Assembly (NCBI GenBank): GCA_964467225.1
Contig: CAYXPQ010000001.1
Coordinates: 75,803 to 139,802 of the forward strand
Direction of reading: 5' to 3'
Origin: an uncultured Candidatus Saccharibacteria bacterium
GTDB lineage: Bacteria > Patescibacteriota > Minisyncoccia > Phycocordibacterales > PALSA-1337
Length of the DNA stretch: 64,000 bases
Under the pieces are notes generated by a model. The model was not told the DNA's origin. It saw only the letters and a program-made list of their open reading frames with translations, and made no database searches. This document shows positions 20,381 through 29,914 of the stretch, piece after piece. A program made the position numbers and the translations under genes. The number at the start of each line of letters is the position of its first letter. Within the stretch, counting starts at the first letter, position 1.

Positions 20381-21147
20381 TAAGAATTAAGACAAAGGAG
20401 GATATACAGAAATTGAGAGAGGGAGGCAAAAGACATGCGGAAATCCTCGACTTGCTTAAAAATATGGTTAAGCCGGGAGTAACTGCAAAGGAGTTGGACG
20501 ATGAGGCATATAGATTGATCAAAGAAGGCGGGGATATTCCTGCTTTTTTAAACTATAAGCCAAGAGGCGAGTCTAGACCTTTTCCTGCCAGTCTATGTGT
20601 TTCTATTAATGACGAAATAGTGCATGGTATTCCAAATGAAAAAGAAAAGATTTTGAAAGATGGAGATATTGTTACAATTGATTTGGGTTTAATTCATAAA
20701 GGATTAATCACTGATGCAGCAATTACAGTTCCAGTGGGCAACATAACTCCCGAATTAAAAAAGTTATTAGAAGTCACCAAAGAAGCATTATATTCAGGAA
20801 TTAAAGCTGCAAAAGGTGGCAAAAGAGTTGGCGATATTAGTGTGGCTATTGAGAGACTGGCTGTATCTGCCGGTTTTGGAGTTGTTGAAGAATTATCTGG
20901 TCATGGAGTTGGCTATAGTGTGCATGAAGATCCATATGTTCCAAATTATGGTGTTGCTGGTACAGGAGATGTACTCAAACCTGGCATGGTGCTGGCTATT
21001 GAACCAATTTTTAATCTAGGCGATCATAGAACTCTTCTAGATAAAGATGGGTACACCTATAGAACACGAGATGGAAAACCAAGTGCACATTTTGAACACA
21101 CAATTTTAATTACAAAAAGCGAGCCAGAAATATTAACTAAAATGTAA
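20377..21147 (+). CDS. map: Methionine aminopeptidase type I
   Basis: CVSINDEIVHGIP, GHGVG..HEDP, AIEP, SAHFEHT. Confidence 0.98.
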   Translation: MIRIKTKEDIQKLREGGKRHAEILDLLKNMVKPGVTAKELDDEAYRLIKEGGDIPAFLNYKPRGESRPFPASLCVSINDEIVHGIPNEKEKILKDGDIVTIDLGLIHKGLITDAAITVPVGNITPELKKLLEVTKEALYSGIKAAKGGKRVGDISVAIERLAVSAGFGVVEELSGHGVGYSVHEDPYVPNYGVAGTGDVLKPGMVLAIEPIFNLGDHRTLLDKDGYTYRTRDGKPSAHFEHTILITKSEPEILTKM

Positions 21148-21151
21148 ACAT

Positions 21152-21763
21152 ATGAAAACACAACATTCAAAGCATGAAAGAACATTAGTAATAATAAAAC
21201 CCGATGGTATTCAAAGAAGTTTGATAGGGGAAGTGATTAATAGATATGAAAGAACTGGTCTGAAGTTAGTTGCCATCAAAATGCTTGTACCGACAAAAGA
21301 AATGGTTGAGGCTCATTATACTCTCGATCCTGAATGGAAATTAAAAACCGGAATAAAGAATATTCAGGCATACAAAGATAAAGGTCTTACTCCTCCACAT
21401 GATGATCCCATCAAACAATCAGAAATGATCTTGGAGAAATTAAAGAAATACATGGCAAGTGGACCAGTAATAGCAATGGTGTGGCAAGGAATGCATGCCG
21501 TAGCTATAGTTAGAAAGATTACAGGTGGAACTGAGCCACTATTGTCCGATGTGGGAACAATAAGAGGGGATTATGTTCTTGATTCATATCAAGTCGCTGA
21601 TGAAGATATTCGAGCTATAAGAAATATTGTTCATGCTTCTGGTGCTGTAAAAGAAGCAAATGATGAAATCAAATTCTGGTTCAAGGATAATGAGATTATG
21701 AAATATAATCACATTCAAGACAGAATTTTGTACGATGTCAATCTAGACGGTATTCTTGATTAG
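21152..21763 (+). CDS. ndk: Nucleoside diphosphate kinase (with insertion)
   Basis: ERTLVIIKPDG, SGPV, GTIRGD, RNIVHAS. Confidence 0.95.
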   Translation: MKTQHSKHERTLVIIKPDGIQRSLIGEVINRYERTGLKLVAIKMLVPTKEMVEAHYTLDPEWKLKTGIKNIQAYKDKGLTPPHDDPIKQSEMILEKLKKYMASGPVIAMVWQGMHAVAIVRKITGGTEPLLSDVGTIRGDYVLDSYQVADEDIRAIRNIVHASGAVKEANDEIKFWFKDNEIMKYNHIQDRILYDVNLDGILD

Positions 21764-21776
21764 AATATAATTATAG

Positions 21777-21916
21777 TAGGTTACGAGAGTATTAACTCTA
21801 TAACTTTTAATTTGGGAGATCAACGAGTCCTCGTGATTCACATTATGTTGCACCTTGGTGTTAACATTGAGATCACCCACCTAGTATTTTACTAGGCTTG
21901 ATACTCTTGTAGCCTA
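21777..21916 (+). ncRNA. ssrS: Probable 6S RNA
   Basis: 19-bp closing stem TAGGTTACGAGAGTATTAA / TTGATACTCTTGTAGCCTA with G-U pairs; central bubble; apical stem GGGAGATC/GATCACCC; -10-like boxes upstream and a terminator downstream. Confidence 0.6.
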
Positions 21917-21917
21917 T

Positions 21918-21949
21918 CGAAAACGTCTGCTTCATGCAGATGTTTTCGT
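21918..21949 (+). terminator. Intrinsic terminator after the 6S-like RNA
   Basis: CGAAAACGTCTGC-TTCAT-GCAGATGTTTTCG. Confidence 0.65.
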
Positions 21950-21969
21950 ATCTGATATAATTAATCATA

Positions 21970-22353
21970 ATGCGTCATATAAAGATTTCTGTTATTACAA
22001 TATTTTTCTCTACTTTACTATATTATCTACACAAAATAGCTTTAGATAATCATTTGTATATGCAGTTTTGGTTCTACGACATAATGATGCACTTCTTGGG
22101 TGGGGTATGTATTGCACTGCTTTTGTATTGCATTTCAATATTTTTTAATATAAATCATATAAGAAATAATATTTTTAATTTAATTTTCTATACTTTTATT
22201 ATTGGTATATTCTGGGAAGTCTTTGAAGTCTATTATAGAATAGCAGGTCATCCTATTCATACTTTGGCATATAAGTTAGACACAATAAAGGATTTGATAA
22301 TGGATAGCTTGGGGGCAGTAGCAGTTGGGTTAATTTTTAAAAATAAAAAATAA
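21970..22353 (+). CDS. Membrane protein, about 4 TM
   Basis: Hydrophobic helices with YDIMMHFLGG, WEVFE, DTIKDL motifs. Confidence 0.8.
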   Translation: MRHIKISVITIFFSTLLYYLHKIALDNHLYMQFWFYDIMMHFLGGVCIALLLYCISIFFNINHIRNNIFNLIFYTFIIGIFWEVFEVYYRIAGHPIHTLAYKLDTIKDLIMDSLGAVAVGLIFKNKK

Positions 22354-22354
22354 A

Positions 22355-23713
22355 ATGAGTGCAAATATTACATTCTGTAGTGGTGTGGGCAGTGTAACTG
22401 GAGCGAATTTTCTCTTAGAAATTGCTGACAAAAAAATCTTAATAGATTGTGGATTGATTCAAGGTGAGAAGTCTGCTCAAGTAGAGAATAGGGGAGGTTT
22501 TGGTTATGATGCTAGGGAAATTGATATGCTTTTTGTTACTCATGCTCATCTTGATCATGTTGGCCGAATACCAAAATTAGTTAGAGAAGGTTTCTCAGGT
22601 GTAATATATTCAACACTTGAGACTCGAGAACTAGCGTTGCTAATATTAGAAGATGCTGTAGGTCTTCTGGAGAGAGAAGCAAATAATGACGGACTAACTC
22701 CTATTTATGATATGGAAGATGTAAAAAAATCTTTCACATTATGGCAAACAATTCCATACCATGAGGAGACGAATTTCCCTGAGGGATTCTCAGTATATTT
22801 AAGAGATGCTGGACATATTCTAGGTTCTTCCATGATTCAATTTACCTATGGTGGCAAGAGAATTGTATTTACTGGAGATCTTGGCAATACTCCTACTCCG
22901 ATTCTTAGGGATACAGAATCAATAGAAGGTGCAGATTATGTAATTATGGAAAGTGTATATGGCGATAGGAATCATGAACCAAAGAGTGAAAGGATTAAAA
23001 AATTAGAAAATATTATTAGAGATACTTTCTCCAGAGGGGGAACTGTAGTTATACCTACATTTTCATTAGAGAGAACTCAAGTTATTCTTTATGAAATAAA
23101 TAAATTAATAGAATCAAAGTCAATTCCCAATATTCCTGTATATGTTGATTCTCCTCTAGCCACAAAAATTACTGATATCTATAAATCCAGTACCCATCTT
23201 TTCAATCAAAAAGCACAAGATGAAATAAAAAATGGTGATGATATATTTGATTTCCCTAAATTATCATTTACAGTCAGTGGGGAAGCATCAAGAAGTATCG
23301 ATCATATCAAAACTCCAAAAATAATAATAGCTGGCTCAGGAATGTCTATAGGGGGCAGAGTAATACATCATGAGGAAATATATTTACCCGATTCCAAGAA
23401 TACTATTCTGCTTGTAGGTTATCAAACTTTAGGTTCTGTTGGCAGACATCTTATAGATGGTGATAAAAAAGTTCAAATACATGGTAATGAAATTCCAGTC
23501 AAAGCCAAGATAGAGAGTATACTAGGGTATTCTTCGCATAAGGATTCAGATAATTTATTGGATTTCGTTGTTACAACTCAAAAGACAGTTAAAAATGTTT
23601 TTGTAGTAATGGGTGAACCCAAGGCCTCGCTGTATTTGGTTCAGAAAATAAAAGACTATCTTGGTTTGAATGCTATTTATCCTGAAAGATTGAAGAAATA
23701 TAAGCTGTGGTAG
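22355..23713 (+). CDS. MBL-fold beta-CASP ribonuclease
   Basis: THAHLDHVG, AGHILGS, FTGDLG, ESVYG, YSSHKD. Confidence 0.93.
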   Translation: MSANITFCSGVGSVTGANFLLEIADKKILIDCGLIQGEKSAQVENRGGFGYDAREIDMLFVTHAHLDHVGRIPKLVREGFSGVIYSTLETRELALLILEDAVGLLEREANNDGLTPIYDMEDVKKSFTLWQTIPYHEETNFPEGFSVYLRDAGHILGSSMIQFTYGGKRIVFTGDLGNTPTPILRDTESIEGADYVIMESVYGDRNHEPKSERIKKLENIIRDTFSRGGTVVIPTFSLERTQVILYEINKLIESKSIPNIPVYVDSPLATKITDIYKSSTHLFNQKAQDEIKNGDDIFDFPKLSFTVSGEASRSIDHIKTPKIIIAGSGMSIGGRVIHHEEIYLPDSKNTILLVGYQTLGSVGRHLIDGDKKVQIHGNEIPVKAKIESILGYSSHKDSDNLLDFVVTTQKTVKNVFVVMGEPKASLYLVQKIKDYLGLNAIYPERLKKYKLW

Positions 23714-23715
23714 AT

Positions 23716-24066
23716 TTAAGCAACCTTCTTTACAATTGCCTCAAATGACTTAGGATTCTCAGCTGCTAGGGCAGAAAGAACCTTTCTGTCTAATGCAATA
23801 TTTGCTTTCTTTAGATTGCCTATAAATTTACTGTATGAATATTTCTCATTTAGATTTCTCAATGCAGCATTGATTCTTACATTCCATAGGTTTCTCATAT
23901 CACCCTTCTTGTCTCTTCTGTGTGCGAAAGCATAAGCTCCAGCATGTGAAATGGCTTCATAAGCATTTCTTTCTTTCTTACTTCTTGAGAATCTGTAACC
24001 CTTTACTTGGCTTAATATATTTCGTCTTGTCTTTAGTGCGTGTACACCTTTCTTTACTCTTGTCAT
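23716..24066 (-). CDS. rplT: 50S ribosomal protein L20
   Basis: MTRVKKG, LWNVRINAA, LDRKVLS. Confidence 0.98.
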   Translation of the reverse strand: MTRVKKGVHALKTRRNILSQVKGYRFSRSKKERNAYEAISHAGAYAFAHRRDKKGDMRNLWNVRINAALRNLNEKYSYSKFIGNLKKANIALDRKVLSALAAENPKSFEAIVKKVA

Positions 24067-24084
24067 GGTATTTTATTTAATTAA

Positions 24085-24270
24085 TTATGCATTTACTAAG
24101 AAACGACTCTTCTCTTTGTTAGTCATTGAGAATTCCATTCCTCGCTTCTTGGCTAATTGAGATCTTCTGCTTTCTTTTGAATTGAAATGATTTTGACCCT
24201 TTGAACGAGCAATAATCTTGCCGTTTCGTGTTAGCTTAAGTCTTTTTAAAAATGATTTGTTTGTTTTCAT
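24085..24270 (-). CDS. rpmI: 50S ribosomal protein L35
   Basis: MKTNKS..KR.K.T..GK; lies between infC and rplT. Confidence 0.93.
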   Translation of the reverse strand: MKTNKSFLKRLKLTRNGKIIARSKGQNHFNSKESRRSQLAKKRGMEFSMTNKEKSRFLVNA

Positions 24271-24278
24271 ATTATTAA

Positions 24279-24794
24279 TTATGATTTCCTCTCAATAACT
24301 GCAGAAAGTCCCTTTAGTCCTTTTGTTGGAGGTACTGCGACCTTATATTCAACAGTTATAAGCTTTAGGATTCTTTCCATTCTTTCTTTGAGAAAGTTAA
24401 AGTCCATAAACTTAGATCGTCCTACGAGATATAGATCAATTTTTACTCTATTTCCATCTTTTAGCCATTCTGAGGCTTTTTTGGCTTTGAGTTCTAGATC
24501 GTGGTCTCCTGTGCCGATTTTAACCTGAATATTCTTTAATTCTGACGTTTGAGTGCGAGATTTTGCAACCTTCTGCTTCTTCTTTTCGTCATATTGAAAT
24601 TTACCATAATCCATGATTTTTGCAACTGGGGGAGTGGCATTGGGTGATATTTCAATGAGGTCTAGATTTCGAGCCTGAGACTGCTTTAAAGCTTCTGCAA
24701 GAGGAATAACACCAAGATTTTCACCTTCGTCGGTGATAACTCTTAGTTCTGGAGCCTTTATGTATTGATTAATCCTAACTCGTTGGGTACTCAT
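24279..24794 (-). CDS. infC: Translation initiation factor IF-3
   Basis: RINQYI, PPVAKIMDYGKFQY, DHDL. Confidence 0.97.
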   Translation of the reverse strand: MSTQRVRINQYIKAPELRVITDEGENLGVIPLAEALKQSQARNLDLIEISPNATPPVAKIMDYGKFQYDEKKKQKVAKSRTQTSELKNIQVKIGTGDHDLELKAKKASEWLKDGNRVKIDLYLVGRSKFMDFNFLKERMERILKLITVEYKVAVPPTKGLKGLSAVIERKS

Positions 24795-24833
24795 GTATTA
24801 GAACATATTTATAGCATAATTTTTTTTCAATGT

Positions 24834-25913
24834 CTAGAAAAGACTTCTTATAAGTTTGATAAAAATTCCGGCAAATTTCTCTAACCAGTAACGTTGATCC
24901 CATTTCTCTAATGTTATCTCTTCAGTATTTTGTAAGTCTATATTAAATTGCTCTTTCAACTGATTTGATAGTATAACATTATTACTTACTATATTTGCTT
25001 CAAAGTTGTATAACAGACTTACGTGGTCAATATTTAAAGTGCCTATTGTCGACCAATTATCATCAATAGCAATAGTCTTGGCATGCATCATCCTATTTTT
25101 ATAAAGAAAAATTCTAATTCCTGATTTTAATATTGTGTGGAAGTAAGTTCGGGCAGCCAAGTCAACAAAAGTATGATCTGATCTTTCTGGTATTAGTATC
25201 TTAACTTCAACACCTCTTCTTGATGCCCGTTTGAGTGCATGAGTAATCCTGTGCGTGGGAACAAAGTAGGGAGTAGTAATGCAAATGCATTTTTTTGAAT
25301 TTTTTATTGCTTCTACTAATTGATTATATAATTTTCTCTGTCTAGGAAGGGGATTGTTGCTTACGTATCTGAATTCGAGGTCACTTGGTAACTCTCTTTT
25401 TATATTGCGCACCCTTTTTCTTTGAGATCTATTCCACATTTTTTCAAAATCTTTTTGCATGTTATTTACCACGGGTCCTTGTATCATAAGATTTGTCTCG
25501 CGCCAGTCTTTTGTCTTTTCCCAAATACATACACTGCCTGTGAAAGCGATTTTGCTATCGATTACTATTGTTCTGCGATGATTTCTAAAATACCACGATC
25601 TATAATTGGGCACGTCGAGAAAATCTGGCAAAAGCGTTTTAAAAAATAATAGCTCTATTCCTTTTTGCTTTAGATTCTCGATAGCATCATTGCCGAAAAA
25701 TAAGAAGCTTCCTGCGGCATCCCAAATAAATCTAACCTTAACTCCTTCTGCTGCTTTCTTGGCACAAATATCGATTATTCTATTTCCAAATGCGTCTGAT
25801 ACGAAAATGAATTGCTCAAGATCTATTGTCTTTGTGGCAGATTCACAAGTTCTTACAATATCGTCCAAAACTTCTTCAGTTGTTGTATAGATTTTCCAAG
25901 TAGTCTGATTCAT
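24834..25913 (-). CDS. Cardiolipin synthase-like phospholipase D family protein
   Basis: Two PLD motifs (RNHRRTIVID, MHAKTIAID), ITTPYFVP, SLLYNFEAN. Confidence 0.9.
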   Translation of the reverse strand: MNQTTWKIYTTTEEVLDDIVRTCESATKTIDLEQFIFVSDAFGNRIIDICAKKAAEGVKVRFIWDAAGSFLFFGNDAIENLKQKGIELLFFKTLLPDFLDVPNYRSWYFRNHRRTIVIDSKIAFTGSVCIWEKTKDWRETNLMIQGPVVNNMQKDFEKMWNRSQRKRVRNIKRELPSDLEFRYVSNNPLPRQRKLYNQLVEAIKNSKKCICITTPYFVPTHRITHALKRASRRGVEVKILIPERSDHTFVDLAARTYFHTILKSGIRIFLYKNRMMHAKTIAIDDNWSTIGTLNIDHVSLLYNFEANIVSNNVILSNQLKEQFNIDLQNTEEITLEKWDQRYWLEKFAGIFIKLIRSLF

Positions 25914-25992
25914 TCAACTTAATTATAGCTTTTTATAGCGACTAAAGAAATATTATAGGATTTGTAGTAAGATGATGGCAGAAAGGAGTGGT

Positions 25993-26259
25993 ATGAAAAA
26001 AAATTCAAGACGCCGGAAAAATAGAATGACTCTCGTGGATCCGTTTGATAGGGATATGAGAGTAGTGGATGCAAAAGCTCTTTTCAGAGCTTACATGATC
26101 AAAAACATAGTTTATTCTAAGCTTCCACCACCTAAGAAGTGCTGTGATTGCTGTTCAACTCCTCTGGGAAATAATTGTAAGGTAAGAGGGATTGATTCAA
26201 ATGGCTTAGAATGTATTGTGTATATTTGTCCAGCTTGTGATCTTATGCACAGACTATGA
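25993..26259 (+). CDS. Small Cys-rich hypothetical protein
   Basis: GAAAGGAG SD before ATG 25993; CCDCC and CPAC motifs. Confidence 0.55.
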   Translation: MKKNSRRRKNRMTLVDPFDRDMRVVDAKALFRAYMIKNIVYSKLPPPKKCCDCCSTPLGNNCKVRGIDSNGLECIVYICPACDLMHRL

Positions 26260-26368
26260 AAACTTTTTCAAGCGCTGATTTGTTCAACAAGTCAGCGCTA
26301 TTGTTTTTATAGTACAACATAGTGTGGATAATAAAAATCTTAAAAGTAATATAATTATATGAGATCCT

Positions 26369-26563
26369 ATGATAACCGTCGACGATATAACCCAAGTTGT
26401 CTTTGAGGGGGTCAATTCTGATTTCAATAGATGGTGTGCGGGAGTTTCTCTGGGGCATAGTCCAACAAGTATTGAGGCACTCTCACACTTTCTATCAAAT
26501 GGTGGATATTTGTGGGCGCTTTCTGTTCTTGGTATACAGGAGAGGAATTATTGTGGTGAATAG
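26369..26563 (+). CDS. Small hypothetical protein
   Basis: 64 aa ORF preceded by TATAAT. Confidence 0.35.
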   Translation: MITVDDITQVVFEGVNSDFNRWCAGVSLGHSPTSIEALSHFLSNGGYLWALSVLGIQERNYCGE

Positions 26564-26738
26564 TTATCAAGTTCAGAAGAGAGTTGGTCGGTATTATCGA
26601 GATCTTAGTCGTTGTGGCTGGGATCTTTTTGATAAATAAAATCAGACCACAGTAACTTGCGTCAGTGTGGTCTGTGAGTTGGGGGTATTACTGACCACTT
26701 TGGTGTTGGTGTGAGTTATTTGTATAATGAGATTATTG

Positions 26739-26939
26739 CTAGAAAATCTTCCCACACTGGGTGCAAATTTCATAGTCGCATCCAAAAACTGGATCATGAT
26801 CACCCTCGATCTTGTCTTGGGGGTGTTCGCATGAATTCTGAAGATCTTGAATTCTCTTTTTCAAATCTTCAATTGATAAATTATGGACTTTGATTTGTTG
26901 ATTTATCGCATCAACTTGAGCCTTGATAGTGTCAGACAT
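26739..26939 (-). CDS. Small coiled-coil plus Cys/His hypothetical protein
   Basis: Heptad N-terminus, CEH...C..ICTQCGK. Confidence 0.6.
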   Translation of the reverse strand: MSDTIKAQVDAINQQIKVHNLSIEDLKKRIQDLQNSCEHPQDKIEGDHDPVFGCDYEICTQCGKIF

Positions 26940-27014
26940 ATTCTTGGGTGTTGATTGTGATTACTCTAACTTTCTGGTCGCAATCATACACTTATGTAAG
27001 TAATAAATCAATTT

Positions 27015-28439
27015 CTGTGGAGATGGGCGGAATCGGTCAATGTTGTATACAGATTACCCTCTACAGATGAGAAAACTTTATTTGTAACGGACAAAAACAA
27101 ATAAAATTTATAGCCTTATTTAAAAGGATATTTAGTAGATTTATTTGCAAAATATATACCAGGGATACACTACCACTACACCAAAAACACAGACCTTCTT
27201 TATATTTAATATTTATGGTATAGTGTTGCTACTATGGAAAATTTACAAAAAGGTTTTGCCAACATAGCTATTATTGCAGTTATTGTGATTTTAGCAGGTG
27301 CAGTAGGTTATTGGACATTAGGTAGGTCCGAATCAACGCAGCAAGAAAATATTGTTAATACTCCTTCAAATACTGAAACAGTAAATTCAGCAACAAATTC
27401 AGATAGGGTACCACAAGGTGCAAGTTATGTTTCCGAAGAAGGCCGTATTCAAGTTGCATATCCTAAAGGTGGAGAAGTCTTAGAGATAGGTAAAACCTAT
27501 GAGATTAAGTGGACCAATTACGCTGGTGGTGATCCTTTGGCTATTGCTCTTCAAGTCACCACTCCTGATAATAAAACTTCAACTAAACCAATCACATCAA
27601 ATGCTCCTGCCACCGGATCATATAAATGGACTGTAACATCTGAAAATACAAACAATAAATATAAGATTGAAATAAACCCTTCGGGTGGACGTGAGTTAGT
27701 TGGACGCAGTAAAGATTATTTCACTATTACAGGTGATCAGCTCATAACTTCAGTCTCTCCTCAATCTAATGCTCGTGTTGACGGACAACAACCTGTCGTA
27801 ATAACTGGAAAAGCTAAAAATGTGTTTGGTGAAGGTGAATTTGACCTTACTGCTTCTTATATTCTCGATGGTAAAAAGCAGATCGTTTCTCGAGGAATTG
27901 CAACTTGTAATCTAGCCGGCAATGGTTGTGATTGGACTTCTGGTAAACTGATTGATTTTAAGGCAACTCTTGATCTATCTAAATCTCCGGTATGTTTTGT
28001 AAATGTGGAATTTTTCAAACGAGATGAACGTACGCCACAAATCAATTCCTTCTTCTCTTTGCCGTTATGGCTTTACGGAATAAACGACTGTCAGTAATTC
28101 AGAGTCTTTAGGAGTATTGCATAAACCTTACATACTTGTACAATTCAGGTATACCTTCCACATCTAAAAATGAAATTCTTGATCTATAACTCGGTACAGG
28201 TGAGAATTTCCAACTTTCATACGCCACCTACTTTACAGATGAGAAATCTAAGGAAGTAAGAGAACTGCTTAATAAACGACGCTTTACAGAAGGTTTTACG
28301 CTTGGGTCCCACCCCAAGCTCACCCGACTCGCTCGCCTACGCTCGTTCCGTCTTTCTATTCCTAGCATGCTCTTCAGCAGGTAAAAGAAAAAACCGACAA
28401 AAGTCGGCTTTTCTTTTACTGTGGAGATGGGCGGAATCG
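27015..28439 (-). mobile_element. 1.4 kb island at the tmRNA 3' end, cargo-carrying member of the tRNA-associated element family
   Basis: Perfect 21-bp direct repeat CTGTGGAGATGGGCGGAATCG at 27015-27035 and 28419-28439; no integrase inside. Confidence 0.8.
27234..28097 (+). CDS. Surface protein with prepilin-like N-terminus and Ig-like modules
   Basis: QKGF plus hydrophobic helix; VAYPKGGEVLEIGKTYEIKW module like those in 2135..5218. Confidence 0.85.
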   Translation: MENLQKGFANIAIIAVIVILAGAVGYWTLGRSESTQQENIVNTPSNTETVNSATNSDRVPQGASYVSEEGRIQVAYPKGGEVLEIGKTYEIKWTNYAGGDPLAIALQVTTPDNKTSTKPITSNAPATGSYKWTVTSENTNNKYKIEINPSGGRELVGRSKDYFTITGDQLITSVSPQSNARVDGQQPVVITGKAKNVFGEGEFDLTASYILDGKKQIVSRGIATCNLAGNGCDWTSGKLIDFKATLDLSKSPVCFVNVEFFKRDERTPQINSFFSLPLWLYGINDCQ

Positions 28440-28827
28440 AACCGCCGTGCAGATGAAATCTTATACCACTTCTACATTGTATAGCTAACTTTAGCGAGGT
28501 CTGATCCTCTTTTAACTTACATACTATAAAGTAAACAAAATATATGTAAGCGATTCCCAAGGTTTCAAACTATAAGCAGGGAAGAGAATATAGTTCTAGT
28601 TCATGTATATATCACCTCATCACTACTCTGAACGCGTAGTGAGAAATGTCGCTTAAGCCGTAGCTAGAGCGAAAGTAAAATCACGTGATCCAAAATATGG
28701 AGACACAATTGACTTTACCTTTGCAACTGTTGAATTAGCAGTTAACATTTTCCATTAGTTTAAAGAGATAATGGAACTCTACAATGCGTAATATGAAGTA
28801 CCTCAACTGTCGAGGCCTTTCATCCCC
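28422..28827 (-). ncRNA. ssrA: tmRNA
   Basis: 5' GGGGATGAAAGGCCTCGAC; 3' GGCGGTTCGATTCCGCCCATCTCCA; G3-U70 pair; tag ORF ANSTVAKVKSIVSPYFGSRDFTFALATA*; adjacent to smpB. Confidence 0.95.
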
Positions 28828-28839
28828 ATGTATTAATTG

Positions 28840-29289
28840 TTAACGATCTGTGAATTCTCTTCGAATTTCTCGGTCTATATCGCGTTTCTTTATATCTTCT
28901 CTTTTGTCATGTTTCTTCTTTCCTTTAACTACTGCGATTTCAACCTTGATTTTCTTGCCTTTACTATACATTGAAATAGGTACTATTGTCAAACCCTTCT
29001 TAGTCTCAATAGATGCAAGCTTTTGAATTTCTGCTTTTGTAATTAAAATTTTACGATTCCTCTTGGGATCATAATCTTTCGGTGTATTATTTATTTGATA
29101 TGCAGGAATATTGGAAGCAATAATGAAAGCTTCGCCACCTCTTACTGTGATATGAGATCCTAATAGGGAACCTTGATTATTTCTAATACTTTTGACTTCT
29201 AATCCCAGAAGTTCAATACCACATTCGAATGTTTCAAGAATTTCATAATCAAGATTTACTTTTTTATTGTATATAAGTGAATTGCTCAT
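28840..29289 (-). CDS. smpB: SsrA-binding protein (start ATG 29289)
   Basis: GIELLGLEVKSIR, YDPKRNRKIL, KGKKKHDKRE. Confidence 0.97.
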   Translation of the reverse strand: MSNSLIYNKKVNLDYEILETFECGIELLGLEVKSIRNNQGSLLGSHITVRGGEAFIIASNIPAYQINNTPKDYDPKRNRKILITKAEIQKLASIETKKGLTIVPISMYSKGKKIKVEIAVVKGKKKHDKREDIKKRDIDREIRREFTDR

Positions 29290-29390
29290 ACATATTGATT
29301 CTAGCATCCTTTGACTTGTTTGGAAAATTGTGCCAATCTATAGTTGGCTTAGTAAACAAACAACAAGAACAATCAACAACATAAGAGGAT

Positions 29391-29819
29391 ATGTTTAAGA
29401 TTGACTATACATCGTTTAGTTTGGGTATTTTGTTCATACTTCTGATTGGTTTAGTGGTTCTGTTGGTTTCAAATCACAGGCGACATAGTTGTACGGCATG
29501 TTCAAGAGGAACAAAGAAGACTTGTAGAATTTTTGTTCATAATATTGATAGGGATACTCCTACCGGATTCAGAAAGGTCAGTGTCTATGTCTTTCGTCAA
29601 TGTATGATATGCGCAACAGTAAGAGTTGACGTCATTGATAAGCTCATGGAGGATTATAAGTTGAAGAGAAAACCAAGGGAGGAGATGGACTTCAGTTCAG
29701 ATGTAATCAGGCAATTATTCAGACTTGTTCCACATGTCAGTAATCCGTTTGGTAGCAGTTCTGTGGTATTCAAGCATTACACTATTAGGTCGAGACATGT
29801 GACATTGCAACGTAAATGA
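29391..29819 (+). CDS. Hypothetical membrane-anchored Cys-containing protein
   Basis: N-terminal TM helix, CTAC and CMIC; hairpin downstream. Confidence 0.6.
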   Translation: MFKIDYTSFSLGILFILLIGLVVLLVSNHRRHSCTACSRGTKKTCRIFVHNIDRDTPTGFRKVSVYVFRQCMICATVRVDVIDKLMEDYKLKRKPREEMDFSSDVIRQLFRLVPHVSNPFGSSSVVFKHYTIRSRHVTLQRK

Positions 29820-29914
29820 TCACACTTTCAGCGAATTGCCACTTAACTTTCGGGTTGGTGGTGATTTTCTTTCATTTTCTCAAATTTTAAGTATAATTCA
29901 TTCATTAATACTTT

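Noticed and set aside
28228-28560. ORFs 28228..28560 (-) and 28302..28484 (+)
   Set aside because: They overlap the tmRNA 3' end and the GC-rich element; open frames are explained by GC content.
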